A DNA stretch of 64,000 nucleotides from an uncultured Actinomycetes bacterium (GTDB lineage Bacteria > Actinomycetota > Thermoleophilia > UBA2241), in contig CAVPVX010000002.1 of the NCBI GenBank assembly GCA_963709345.1, forward strand, positions 320,001 through 384,000, written 5' to 3'. A program made the translations under genes and the position numbers. The notes under the pieces are model-generated. The model did no database searches, was not told the DNA's origin, and saw only the letters and a list, made by a program, of their open reading frames with translations. This document shows positions 49,813 through 60,030 of this stretch, one piece after another. Position 1 is the first letter of the stretch. Each line of letters opens with the position of its first letter.

Positions 49813-50853
49813 TCACTCGTCCAGGAAGTCCATCACCACGTCCGCCAGCTTCTGCGGATCCTGGTACATGAGTCCGTGCCCGGCGCCGGGGATGCGCACC
49901 AGCTCGGCGCCGGGGACGACCGCCGCCATGATGGTCGCGTTCTGCGGCGGCACGATCACGTCCTCGGCGCCCGTGACGAAGAGCGCCGGGGCGGTGATGC
50001 TCTCGAGGCCGCTCCAGACGCCCTTCCACTCGCCGATGGCCCGGTCCTGAAGGCCTATCGCGGCAGTCGACATGCGCTCCGTCGGCATCGGGAAGCTCTC
50101 CGCGTAGGCCGGGTTCGCGCTGCGATACGCCGCCGGGAACAGCAGCGTGAGCAGTCGCATGCCCATCTCCTGCGGCGTGCCGGACGTGTCGGTCAGCACG
50201 GCCAGCGTCTTCCTGCTCATGGGCACAGCGTGCGCGCCACCGGGATCGCCGGCGTAGCTGACGAGCTTGCTCACGATCGCCGGGTAGCGCACGGCGAGGT
50301 CGAGGGCCACCATGCCACCCATCGACCACCCGAGGACGTCCATCGTGTCGTAGTCGAGCGCCTTGATCAGCCCGGCGGTGTCGTCGGCGAGTCGCGAGAA
50401 CTCGTAGGCGCCGCCGGGGTCGTCGGTCTCGCCCATGCCGCGATTGTCGAAGACGATCACCTCGCGCCCCTGCGCCAGCGCCTCGACGAACTGCGGCGAC
50501 CACAGGTCCATGGTCGCTGTGGAGCCCATGATCAGGAGCAGCGGCGTCGAGTCCGCGGCCGCGCCGAACGGGCCGATCGTGCGGTAGCCCACGTCGAGGT
50601 CGCCGACCTTGACGTGCTGTACCGGCGCCGCCTGCACGATGTTCGGGGCCGGCGAGGCCCCGCCCGCGGCCGGGCTCACCGCGGAACTCGCGGCACCACT
50701 ACCCGTACCACCCTCAGCACCACCGCACCCGGCGACCATCAGCGCCGGCGCGGCACCGGCGACGGCCGCCATCAGTACGACCGCGGCCGTCACGGCCACC
50801 GCCCGCGCACGCCCTGCCCGACCCGGTCCGACGGTTCTCGGTCTCATCATCAC
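49813..50853 (-). CDS. Alpha/beta hydrolase, putative lipoprotein
   Basis: VAGC lipobox, FDNRGMG, GWSMGG nucleophile elbow, D..VP, GAGH. Confidence 0.85.
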   Translation of the reverse strand: MMMRPRTVGPGRAGRARAVAVTAAVVLMAAVAGAAPALMVAGCGGAEGGTGSGAASSAVSPAAGGASPAPNIVQAAPVQHVKVGDLDVGYRTIGPFGAAADSTPLLLIMGSTATMDLWSPQFVEALAQGREVIVFDNRGMGETDDPGGAYEFSRLADDTAGLIKALDYDTMDVLGWSMGGMVALDLAVRYPAIVSKLVSYAGDPGGAHAVPMSRKTLAVLTDTSGTPQEMGMRLLTLLFPAAYRSANPAYAESFPMPTERMSTAAIGLQDRAIGEWKGVWSGLESITAPALFVTGAEDVIVPPQNATIMAAVVPGAELVRIPGAGHGLMYQDPQKLADVVMDFLDE

Positions 50854-50860
50854 GTCTCCC

Positions 50861-51331
50861 CTATGCCAGCAGCGCGTAGACGGCGAAGAACGCCATCATG
50901 ACCACGATCAGCAGCGTGAGCATGACGGCGCGCCACAGCCTCGCCGGCGAGCGTGTCTCATCGGTCAGATAGCGGTAGAGGTGCAGCATCGCCGCCTGGA
51001 AGAGGTACAGCGCGTAGCCGAGCAGCACGAGAGCCTGCGCCTTGACGCCGAAGTCGGCGAACACGGCCAGCAGCGCCATGGCGCCGAAGCCGAGGTTGGC
51101 GAATCCGACCTCCCACATCCAGTCCGGCCTGTCGGTCTCCCATCCCAGCCGCTTCGCGTCCTGCTTGTACAAGAAATAGTGGCGCACGAAGCCGAGCACC
51201 CCCTCGACGCCCACCGTCAGCACCGTCACGATCGCAAGCGCCTTCCCAGGATCGTCCCCGAGATAATAGAACCCGAGGAAGACGCCGACCGAGACCGCGA
51301 CATACCCCACCATGCTGATCCACTTGACCAT
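50861..51331 (-). CDS. Integral membrane hypothetical protein
   Basis: Several TM helices; RH..A.RLGW...WEVGFANL. Confidence 0.7.
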   Translation of the reverse strand: MVKWISMVGYVAVSVGVFLGFYYLGDDPGKALAIVTVLTVGVEGVLGFVRHYFLYKQDAKRLGWETDRPDWMWEVGFANLGFGAMALLAVFADFGVKAQALVLLGYALYLFQAAMLHLYRYLTDETRSPARLWRAVMLTLLIVVMMAFFAVYALLA

Positions 51332-51705
51332 GAGCGCCCCTCCACCTCGTTGCCCGAATGCGTGCGGAGGGCGCGTCGTTCCCCCGCACCCTCATGCCGC
51401 GTGATTCCCGCACGACATACGTCGACACCCCGTGCGGCTAACGTGAGTGATGAGGCCGATGGCTTCCACGCGTCGAGCAGGACGAGGCGGCAGGAGACGA
51501 GCAGGCCTGCCACCTCATCCTGCACGAGCACGCGTGCTTGAGCCCCGGCGGCCACTTGAGCATCACTGCCGACGACGATTCCCACTATCCGTACGGCCGA
51601 CTGAGGTACGGCCGGACATGGACGGATGACCCAAGGCCGCGCCCTCTCGGGCGGGCGGAGTATGCGTGGCGGCCATCGCCGTCATCGATCGGAGGAGAGA
51701 GGCCG

Positions 51706-52173
51706 GTGAGGAGGAGACACGGGCCGGAGAGGCAGCGAGGCCTCAGCCTCATCGAGTTGCTCATCGTCGTCATCATCATGGGCATCCTGGCGGCCGTCGC
51801 CATCCCCATGTACCTGGACCAGCGGGACAAGGCGAGGGATGCCGCAGTCAAAGCGGGCGTGCACGCCGTGCAGGTCGGCATCGTCACCTGGGCGGCCGAC
51901 CATGATGAGGTCCACCCCACGGACGGCGACGTCACGAGCCTCAGGTGGAACGGCGCCCCGTCGGCGTTCTCCGCCTACGTGCAGCCGTGGCCTGCGAATC
52001 CCTTCACCGGTACCCCGATGCGCAACAGCTGGGACACCGGTCACTACACGTACCACTGCCCGATCCGTGTGAACGATCCGGTCTCCGCCCTCGGTCGTCC
52101 GTCCGGCGCCTTCTACGCCGGGATGCCCGGCTACGCCATCTGGGGCCACCTCTCGTACGGGGACTACCCCTGA
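51706..52173 (+). CDS. Type IV pilin-like protein (class III signal peptide)
   Basis: RQRG/LSLIELLIVVIIMGILAAVAIP; WPANPFTG.PM. Confidence 0.82.
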   Translation: MRRRHGPERQRGLSLIELLIVVIIMGILAAVAIPMYLDQRDKARDAAVKAGVHAVQVGIVTWAADHDEVHPTDGDVTSLRWNGAPSAFSAYVQPWPANPFTGTPMRNSWDTGHYTYHCPIRVNDPVSALGRPSGAFYAGMPGYAIWGHLSYGDYP

Positions 52174-52196
52174 GGCCGGCGGCGAGGGACTGCTGC

Positions 52197-52742
52197 TCAA
52201 GTGCGCGCGGTGAGGCGCGCCCGGTAGAGCCGGGCGTCCGCCGCCCCGAAGCAGCAGAACGTCACCGTCCGCGGCGACTCGTGCGCCTCCAGCCACGCGG
52301 AGGTGGCGCTCACCGCCACGTCGCACGCCTCCGCCTTCGGGTACCCGTACGCGCCGGTCGAGATGCCGGGAAAGGCGATCGTCTCGAGCCCCGCCTCAGC
52401 CGCCAGTCGCAGCGACTCCACGTAGCAGGAGCGAAGCAGTCGCGGCTCGCCGCGCGATCCGCCACGCCAGACCGGGCCTACGGTGTGGATGACGTGGCGC
52501 GCCGGGAGGGCGTAGCCCCTCGTCATGCGCGCCTCCCCGGTCGGGCAGCCGCCGAGCGTGGCGCACTCCGCGAGCAGTTCCGGCCCCGCAACCCGGTGGA
52601 TCGCGCCGTCCACGCCGCCGCCGCCCAGCAGCGACTCGTTGGCCGCGTTCACGATCGCTTCCACGTCGATCCGCGTGATGTCGCTCTCCACCACCAGCAT
52701 GCGCGCGCCCGCATCCGCCACGCGCCCCTCCGATGCTTCCAT
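52197..52742 (-). CDS. Macrodomain O-acetyl-ADP-ribose deacetylase (YmdB-like)
   Basis: [44 protein letters not shown]. Confidence 0.92.
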   Translation of the reverse strand: MEASEGRVADAGARMLVVESDITRIDVEAIVNAANESLLGGGGVDGAIHRVAGPELLAECATLGGCPTGEARMTRGYALPARHVIHTVGPVWRGGSRGEPRLLRSCYVESLRLAAEAGLETIAFPGISTGAYGYPKAEACDVAVSATSAWLEAHESPRTVTFCCFGAADARLYRARLTART

Positions 52743-52859
52743 CGCTCCTCCCTCACTCCGGTCACCCCCGGCCACTCCGGCCGCCCGGTGTCGCGGCGCT
52801 GCGTAGCGGGTAGTCAACTATCGGCTCGTTCCTACCCCGACATGGACTGGTGGCTCACC

Positions 52860-53063
52860 ATGAGTATGCAGATGTACCCGTGTCCGCACTGCCCGGCCGA
52901 GTTCGACACGCTGAAGTCGCTCGAGCACCACCTGAGCGCTATGCACGACGAGACCCTGGAGACCCACTCCTATCGCTGCCAGACCTGCGACGCGGAGTTC
53001 GTCAAGCAGGCGGAGTGGCTTGACCACTTGCATGACGAGCACGACGACGCGAGCGCCGGCTGA
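52860..53063 (+). CDS. Small protein with two classical C2H2 zinc fingers
   Basis: YPCPHCPAEF.....L..H....H and YRCQTCDAEF.....W..H....H. Confidence 0.72.
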   Translation: MSMQMYPCPHCPAEFDTLKSLEHHLSAMHDETLETHSYRCQTCDAEFVKQAEWLDHLHDEHDDASAG

Positions 53064-53135
53064 GTGAGCGCCGGCGCGGCGCGTACACCCGGCGGCCGCG
53101 AACCGGCGGCGTCCCAAGCAGGCCGGAGATGACCC

Positions 53136-53762
53136 GTGCCTGAACTCGGCCATGCACGGCCCGCGTCTGAGCCCGGCCGTGAGGCGCTCGCGTGGGCCGG
53201 CAGAGCCCCGGTCGTGCCGCAGAAGTGGTTCCTGCGAACGTCGACCCTCCACGGGATCGGCCACACCCAGCGGGTGCACATCCACGCCCAACGGCTGGCG
53301 GCAGAACACGCTTGGAGCGACGCCGACACCCGCCTGGCGCTGCAGGCGGCGCTCTGGCACGACATCGGGCGCACCGACGACGACGTCGATCCGCACCACG
53401 GCGCGGCGTCCGCACTCCGCGCCGCCCGGCTGGGACTCACCGCGCAGCTTTCCGAGACGGACGCCGAGGTAGTCCTCTTCGCCGTCCGCTTCCACTCCCT
53501 CTCGGATGAGGAGGCCGTGGAAGCGGCGTGGACCAGCGCAGTGGAACGGGGTCCGGCGTGGCCGGGCTCGGACGCGAGGGCGCGGATCCGTGAGGATCCG
53601 GAGCGCGCCCTCGGCATCCTCTGGCTGCTCAAGGACGCCGACGCGCTCGACCGTGTCCGGCTTGCAGAGTGGGAGGCCGCCGACCCGGATCAGCTTCGCC
53701 TGCCGGGCTCCGAACGGCTGCTGCCGTTCGCCGCCGAGCTCTACAAGGCCGTCAAGGCCTGA
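53136..53762 (+). CDS. HD-domain phosphohydrolase
   Basis: HGIGHTQRV, LWHDIGR, HG..SA, LKDADALDRVR. Confidence 0.8.
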   Translation: MPELGHARPASEPGREALAWAGRAPVVPQKWFLRTSTLHGIGHTQRVHIHAQRLAAEHAWSDADTRLALQAALWHDIGRTDDDVDPHHGAASALRAARLGLTAQLSETDAEVVLFAVRFHSLSDEEAVEAAWTSAVERGPAWPGSDARARIREDPERALGILWLLKDADALDRVRLAEWEAADPDQLRLPGSERLLPFAAELYKAVKA

Positions 53763-53929
53763 CGCGGGCCCAGCCCCGAGTTGTGCCGGCGGCGGCACGT
53801 CGGCTCGCCCTCGCACGCGCCGCCCCACGGCGGCCAACGTCACCTCTCGTAACCCTCGTCGCGGGCGCGCGCGCCTGCTACCGTCGATGACCGCCCCGGG
53901 GCACGCGGCGTGCGCCCGGCGCACCGACG

Positions 53930-56887
53930 ATGAGCACACGCAGCCACACCTCAGGAACAACCGGCTTCGGCGCCGCCGCAGGCGCGCAGCCGAAGCTCGT
54001 CCTCTTCAACGTGACGGGCCGCCGCGAGCTCGCGCAGCGAGCGGCGGCGGCCGCCCCCGGCGTCCACCTCGTTCCGCGCAAGTCGTGGACCGACGACCCG
54101 GGCGAGCCCCGGCGCCCCCTGCTCGGGCGCCGCGAGCCGGCCGTCGGGATGTGGTTGTGGAGCGGCGCCGAGGACGAGTTCATCGCCCAGGCGCGCGCTG
54201 TCCTGCTGCGCTTCGTGCACCCGCTGGTCGCCCGGGACCTACCGTACTGCCTGGGCTTCCCCTTCGGTCCGGGACTGCTCGCGCCCCGCGGCCTGGGCTT
54301 CGCCGACGTTGCGCTCCTCGACCTCGAGGACATCGGCCGGCTGCTCGGCGTCTCGCCGCCGGACTCCTCGCCGGCCGCACTCCCACCGCCCGGCCCCCCG
54401 CCGGCCGTCGCTCTCGCGCCGGGCTCCCCGCCGGCAGGCCCCTCGCCGGCCACCGCTTCGCCACCGGGCTGCACTCCGGCCCCGCCGAGCCCTGACGGCG
54501 TCCGCCTCGACGCCGCCCAGCGCGCCGCGGTGGACCACGCGCGCGGCCCGGCACGCGTTCTCGCCCCGGCGGGCTCAGGCAAGACCAAGACTCTGGTCAG
54601 CCGCGTCGCCGAACTGGTGGAGCGCGGCGTCGACCCTGCCGGGATCCTGCTCCTCGCCTTCAATCGCAAGGCCGCGGAGCAGCTCGAGGAGCGGCTGGCG
54701 GCCATGGGCATCGCCACCACTCGCCGGCTTGGGTCGCCGGCGCCGGGCGACGGGCAGCGCCCGGGTCCCGGCGCTCGCGGGAGCCGGGCGGCCGCGCGGC
54801 GGGCGTCCGGGCGACGGTCCTCCGGACGCCGCATGGCCGGATGTCGGCAGGCCGGCTGCGCCTCGGACGCTCCGGCCGGCGCCCGCCCGGTGCCCGACCG
54901 CCCGCCCGGAGTGCACTGCGCCACCTTCAACGCATTCGGGTACCGCTACCAGCGCGAGGTCCTCCACGCGCGCTTCACCCTCGACCTCGACGGTTCCGCG
55001 CTGCGCGCCCTGATGAAGCGCGCCATGGCCGCCGCGGGCGTATCGCTCGCCGAGCTGAGGCCGGCGCGCGGGAGCGACCCCGTGGGCGCGTTTCTGGGCG
55101 GCCTCACGCGCGTGCGCGCCGCCCTCGAGCCGCCCGAGTCGGTCGAGATCCTGGTCGAATCCATCGGCGATACGCCGCTGATCCAGGTGCCGTTTGCGTC
55201 GGCGCACGAGCAGTTCACCCGCCTCCAGGCGACGGCCGGCTGCCAGTCGTTCGACGACCAGATCTACCTCGCCGTCGCCGACATGCTCGCCGATCCTGCG
55301 CACCGCGCCTTCATCGAGGGGCGCTTCGACCACGTCCTGGTCGACGAGTTCCAGGATCTGAACGGCGCGCAGCTCGCCCTCGTCGACGTGCTGTCGCGGC
55401 CGAGCCGCGACCTCTTCGTCGTCGGTGACGACGACCAGCTCATCTACGGGTGGCGCCACGCCGACCCGCGCGGCATCCTCGAGTTCCACGAGCGCATGCC
55501 GCCGCGGCCGTGGTCGACCACCTACACGCTGTGCACCAACTACCGCTGCTCGCGGGCGGTGGTCGAGTCCGGCGCCCGGCTCGTAGCCAACAACGTCGTG
55601 CGCGAGGCCAAGGATATCCGGCCGCGCGCCGGCGCCCACGAGGGCTCCGTCCGCTTCGCCGGCGCACCCTCGTGGCCCGAGCGCGCAACCGCCATGTGCG
55701 ACTTCCTCCGCGGGGAGAAGTCGCGCCTCGCCTGCGAGTGGCGCGATCTCGCCGTCCTCTGCCGCTATCGCTCGCAGCAGATCGTCGTGGCGCTCGCGCT
55801 GGATGCCGCCGCCGTGCCGCGGTCACCGCTGCTGGGGTACCGGCTGTTCACCCACCCCGCCGCCGCGCTGCTGCGCGCCTACATCGACCTCGTGCTGGCT
55901 CCGGACGCGATCCCGTCGGCCGCGGTGGCGCTGCTGCTCAACCGACCCAACCGGTATCTCAGCAACGTCTGCGTGGAGGCGGCCGGGACCACCTCACAGC
56001 CGTGGGCGCACCTGCAGACGAGCGCGGCCGGAGAGCCTGCGGCCGGGCCGCGGCCGCTCTCGACCCTCGTGGCTCAGGTCGAGCGGTTGGGCGCCGAGCT
56101 GCGCGGCGCGGCGCCCGACGGACTGCGCGGCGCGGCGCCCGGCGATCGCGCCGACGGCGCGCCGCTCACGGCCGAGCATCTCGTCTGGGCGGTCGTCGAC
56201 GAGTTCGGCCTGGAGGACCACTGGGAGGCCGAGAGCGATCCGGCGGCCGCGCCGTCCGGCGGGGAACGCCACGCGGCGGAGCCCCTCCAGGTTCTGGACA
56301 CCATCGTGCTCCTCGCCGAGACGTACCCGGATCCGCGCGCGCATCTGGCCGCCTGGGACCGCCTTCTCGCCGACGAGGAGGCGCACGAGGGCATGACCGA
56401 CGACACCCTGGCGCGCGAGGAGGCCGAGGAGGATCGCGTCGTGATCGGCACGATCCACGCGGCCAAAGGCCGCGAGTACCACGCGGTCGTCGTCCCCGAC
56501 TACGACTGCGACGTCTCGCGCTGGGAGAAGGCCGAGATCGAGGAGGAGAGGCGGGTCGTCTACGTCGGGGTCACCCGGGCCCGCGACACGGCGTTGTTCA
56601 CCGTCGACACGTCACAGCCCTACGTGCACCCCTTCCTCCGCGAGCTGGTCGAGCCGCCGGAACCGGATGAGCACGCGGCGCTCAGCGCGAGGATCGAGGA
56701 TGACGGCGCGGCAGCCGACGCCGATCACCGAAGGACGGCCGAGCGTCTCGCGGAGATCGAGGTACTGTTCCCCGAACTGGTCACCGAACCGGCTCCGGAT
56801 CTGGTCGCGGATCCGGCTACGGATCTGGTGGCGAATCTGGCACCGGATCTGCGACCGGGCCAAGGCCCCCCGGCGACGGCAGGCTAA
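53930..56887 (+). CDS. UvrD/PcrA-family ATP-dependent helicase with extra N-terminal domain
   Basis: APAGSGKT, AFNRKAA, VDEFQD, VGDDDQLIYGWR, NYRC, TIHAAKGRE, YVGVTRA. Confidence 0.88.
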   Translation: MSTRSHTSGTTGFGAAAGAQPKLVLFNVTGRRELAQRAAAAAPGVHLVPRKSWTDDPGEPRRPLLGRREPAVGMWLWSGAEDEFIAQARAVLLRFVHPLVARDLPYCLGFPFGPGLLAPRGLGFADVALLDLEDIGRLLGVSPPDSSPAALPPPGPPPAVALAPGSPPAGPSPATASPPGCTPAPPSPDGVRLDAAQRAAVDHARGPARVLAPAGSGKTKTLVSRVAELVERGVDPAGILLLAFNRKAAEQLEERLAAMGIATTRRLGSPAPGDGQRPGPGARGSRAAARRASGRRSSGRRMAGCRQAGCASDAPAGARPVPDRPPGVHCATFNAFGYRYQREVLHARFTLDLDGSALRALMKRAMAAAGVSLAELRPARGSDPVGAFLGGLTRVRAALEPPESVEILVESIGDTPLIQVPFASAHEQFTRLQATAGCQSFDDQIYLAVADMLADPAHRAFIEGRFDHVLVDEFQDLNGAQLALVDVLSRPSRDLFVVGDDDQLIYGWRHADPRGILEFHERMPPRPWSTTYTLCTNYRCSRAVVESGARLVANNVVREAKDIRPRAGAHEGSVRFAGAPSWPERATAMCDFLRGEKSRLACEWRDLAVLCRYRSQQIVVALALDAAAVPRSPLLGYRLFTHPAAALLRAYIDLVLAPDAIPSAAVALLLNRPNRYLSNVCVEAAGTTSQPWAHLQTSAAGEPAAGPRPLSTLVAQVERLGAELRGAAPDGLRGAAPGDRADGAPLTAEHLVWAVVDEFGLEDHWEAESDPAAAPSGGERHAAEPLQVLDTIVLLAETYPDPRAHLAAWDRLLADEEAHEGMTDDTLAREEAEEDRVVIGTIHAAKGREYHAVVVPDYDCDVSRWEKAEIEEERRVVYVGVTRARDTALFTVDTSQPYVHPFLRELVEPPEPDEHAALSARIEDDGAAADADHRRTAERLAEIEVLFPELVTEPAPDLVADPATDLVANLAPDLRPGQGPPATAG

Positions 56888-58476
56888 CGCGGCCAGAATC
56901 GCGAGGAGGGCTCCGGCGGCTGGATGAAGTGCTTCGCCTTGGGCTCGCTGCCGAGCCCCAGGTAGGCCCACACGTCTTCCTGCAACTCCAGGTCGGTGAC
57001 CGTACGACGCTGGTGCTGCCGCATGTGCTCGTCCCAGCTGGGCAGCACGAAGGTCTCGATGTAGCGGTTGTCCCGGTCCGCGTCGCGGTACACCGACCAG
57101 TCGGTGGCGCCGGTGCGGCGGCGCGCCCGGCCGACAAGGCGAAGGGCGCGAAGGAAGTCGTCCTCGCTCTCCGGCCGCACATCGTAGGAGACGACCACCA
57201 GCACCGGGCTGCTCGTCTCGTCGCCGACGACGAGTCCCGCCTCCGGTGCGGCCATCGGCGCCGGACGCAGGTCCACTTCCGCGATCCTGTCGAAGCGCCA
57301 GCGCCAGGCGAGCGCCAACGTCACAACCACTGCGAGCGCTCCCCAGGCATAGGTGCCCTGAGAGCCGACGACGTTGGCGAGCCTGCCCCAGGCGGCGCTG
57401 CCGAGAGCTATGCCCGCCGAGATCGCCGTCAGGTAGAAGGCCAGGCCGCGGGCGCGCACCCAGCCTGGCAGCATTTCCTGCGAGGCGACGTTGAGCGTCG
57501 ACAGGCAGAACAGCCAGCCGACCCCGGCGACCACGCTGACGATGATCGCCGCCGCGAGGCCGTCCACCAGCGCCAGCGCCCCCAGCGCGAGAGCGACGAG
57601 CACGCTGCCGGCTGCGAACACGCCGTCGGCGCTCAGACGCTCCCGCACGCGCGGGATCACGGCGGCGGTCGCTACCGCCCCGCCGCCGATCGCCGCGTAG
57701 AGCAGGCCGAGACCGCCGGAGCCCACCCCGAGCACCTGCTTGGCGTACACGGGCAGCAGCGAGAGCAGGCCGGCGCTTGCCGCTCCGAACGCGAACGAGC
57801 GCACCAGCACGCCGTGCAGGACGTGCGAGAACATGGCGTAACGGACGCCGGCGCGGACCGCCCCGGCGAAGCGTTCGGGCGGTCCAACGTCCTCCTCGAC
57901 GGGGCGCCGCCAGCGCCACAGCACGGCGAGGACGAAGGCGAAGGATGCGGCGTTGAGCGCGAAGACCAGCCAAGCGCCGGCGGCGGCGATCAGCAGGCCG
58001 CCGACCGCCGGGCCTATCGCCCGGCCGAGATTGATGTTGGCGCCGCCGAGCGTGACCGCCTGCTTGAGCTCGTCGCGGGGCACCAGTTCCGGCTGGATCG
58101 CCTGCCAGGCCGGGTAGTTGAACGCCATCCCGAGCCCGATGGCGAAGGTGAAGCCGAGAAGTGAGAGCGGCGTGACGACGCCGAGCGCCGTGAGCGCCGC
58201 CAGGCCGGCGGCCGCCACGAACATGACCGCTTGCGTGACCAGCAGCAGGCGGCGGCGCTCGACCAGGTCGGCAACGGCCCCCGCGGCCACGCCGACCAGC
58301 ACCACCGGCAGGTAGGTCGCCGTCTGCACCAGAGCGACGACGGCCGGCGAGGCGTCCAGCTCGACCATGAGCCACGCCGCGCCGACCGCCTGCATCCAGC
58401 TGCCGATGTTGGACGCCAGAAGGGCGATCCACAGGTACCGGTAGACCTTGTACTGAAACGGCGACCAAGCCGACAT
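56884..58476 (-). CDS. MFS transporter (MFS_3 type with C-terminal soluble domain)
   Basis: SNIGSWMQ, GAVADLVERRR, PAWQA, NLGRAIGPA; C-terminal RRRTGA..W..Y.D..E.F...SWDEH.RQ. Confidence 0.9.
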   Translation of the reverse strand: MSAWSPFQYKVYRYLWIALLASNIGSWMQAVGAAWLMVELDASPAVVALVQTATYLPVVLVGVAAGAVADLVERRRLLLVTQAVMFVAAAGLAALTALGVVTPLSLLGFTFAIGLGMAFNYPAWQAIQPELVPRDELKQAVTLGGANINLGRAIGPAVGGLLIAAAGAWLVFALNAASFAFVLAVLWRWRRPVEEDVGPPERFAGAVRAGVRYAMFSHVLHGVLVRSFAFGAASAGLLSLLPVYAKQVLGVGSGGLGLLYAAIGGGAVATAAVIPRVRERLSADGVFAAGSVLVALALGALALVDGLAAAIIVSVVAGVGWLFCLSTLNVASQEMLPGWVRARGLAFYLTAISAGIALGSAAWGRLANVVGSQGTYAWGALAVVVTLALAWRWRFDRIAEVDLRPAPMAAPEAGLVVGDETSSPVLVVVSYDVRPESEDDFLRALRLVGRARRRTGATDWSVYRDADRDNRYIETFVLPSWDEHMRQHQRRTVTDLELQEDVWAYLGLGSEPKAKHFIQPPEPSSRFWPR

Positions 58477-58726
58477 ACGTCCACCCTATCGCACCGGCTA
58501 CTTCCTCTGCCTTTCGCTTCTTCTCGATGATCACGTTCGCCATGAACACCGCCGACGGCTTGGCCGACTCCACATCCGCCAGGTCGAGATCCGCGCAGTC
58601 CGCACGCATGTCGGCCGCCACGGAACGCCCTTTTCGGCGAAGTACGACGCGGCCGTGCTGCGGCGCTGCATCTGGAAGCCGATGCCCTCCTGGAGCGGCT
58701 CGAGCGCATCGGGCTCGAATAGAACG

Positions 58727-58766
58727 AGCCCGGCCCGGCGGCGCATCCGCGCCGCCGGGCCGGGCT
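58727..58766 (-). terminator. Stem-loop after dodecin
   Basis: Perfect 18-bp inverted repeat AGCCCGGCCCGGCGGCGC with a 4-nt loop. Confidence 0.65.
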
Positions 58767-58776
58767 GTCTGGCTCG

Positions 58777-58992
58777 TCAGACCATCTCGTGGTACTTGTA
58801 CGAGATCTTGACCTTGGCCCGGTATGCGACGATCTGCTTGTCGTCGATCTTCATGTCGAACTCGACGACCTGCGCGATCCTCAGATCCTCGCGGTGGATA
58901 CCGGCCTTGGTGACGGCGTTCCTGGCCGCCTCTTCCCATGAAGTCGGGCTCGAGCCGATGACTTCCATGACCCTGTAGACGCTGTCCGACAT
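58777..58992 (-). CDS. Dodecin (flavin-binding)
   Basis: VYRVMEVIGSSPTSWEEAARNAV...YRAKVKISYKY. Confidence 0.9.
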   Translation of the reverse strand: MSDSVYRVMEVIGSSPTSWEEAARNAVTKAGIHREDLRIAQVVEFDMKIDDKQIVAYRAKVKISYKYHEMV

Positions 58993-59100
58993 CGCGACTC
59001 ATTCGTTGGTGAGACTCGGGTGATGACGCACTATTGCCACGATCGGCGGATTCGGAACGTGCGCGGCACGCGAGCGTCACGGTGACTCCCGCGCAAGCTC

Positions 59101-60030
59101 GACGAGCGCGGCCTCCTCTGCCCGGCGTTCGTGGACCCCGAGACGAGATACCGCTACTACGACCACACGTAGATCCGCCGCGCCGGCCCCATCCACCTGT
59201 ACCGGCAACTCGGCCTCCCCATGAGCGAGATCCGGGACCTGCTGCTCACCACCGATCCCGGCTCGCTTCGACAACACCTCGAGCAGCACCGGACCCGGAT
59301 CACGCCCCGGCTCGCTGAGGTCGACGGCACGACTCCAGACCCCGAAGGCGGCAAGATCGAGTGCGCGCCCGGCACTGCAGGCACCCGGGGTAACCCCTAC
59401 AGAACGCCGTCGGGCACCCCGCGCGAGAGCGCGGCCGGCCTGGTCACAGACGTGTTCCCCGACTACACCGTCGCCCAGTACAAGCAGGGCATCCCCTTCC
59501 TCCAGAAGAACGCAGCGGGTCCGCTGGGGATCACCGGCGTGTTCGATCCGTGGCTCGCTGTGGACAGCCCTGCCGTCAAGGCCTACCAGCGACTCGCCGA
59601 CGCCGGCAGACTCAAGATGCGCGTTCGTGGCGCTCTCGGCATCGAGCCGGACGACCACATCGCCGCCTGGTTGACGAAGGCCAAGGCCGAGTACGCGAAT
59701 CACAGAGGCGGCCTGTTCAAGACGAAGGACGTCAGGTTCTTTGCCGACGGCGTCATCGAGGGCCACGCGGGCTACCTCAAGGAGCCCTACGCCGACGCGC
59801 TCGAGGCCGCCCGCGCCATCAACGGCGCCCGCGACTGGCGCCCGGGCATCACGCACCTGCAGCTCGTCGACCCGATCGACTGCCGGCGCTTCGCCGAGCT
59901 GGGAGTCACTGCGGTGCCACAGCCGCACCGGTTCCTGAGAGACGACTGCTACTGGTACCTGCAGTTGCCGTATCTTGGGAAAGACCGGGCCGACGGCGAG
60001 CACCGGATGAAGCGACGATCGGGCGTGTGA
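59101..60030 (+). pseudogene. Chimeric remnant: MerR HTH fragment joined to internally deleted amidohydrolase-3 pieces
   Basis: DERGLLCPAFVDPETRYRYY, TAG at 59170, YRQLGLPMSEIR; then TPDPEGGKIE, GITGVFD, FFADGVIEGHAGYLKEPY, ITHLQLVDP. Confidence 0.7.

Noticed and set aside
51540-51705. c-di-GMP riboswitch upstream of the pilin
   Set aside because: No GCAAA/GNRA-receptor consensus seen.
58480-58726. Possible small gene or remnant between the MFS gene and dodecin
   Set aside because: Partly protein-like, but has no RBS/start or recognisable motif.
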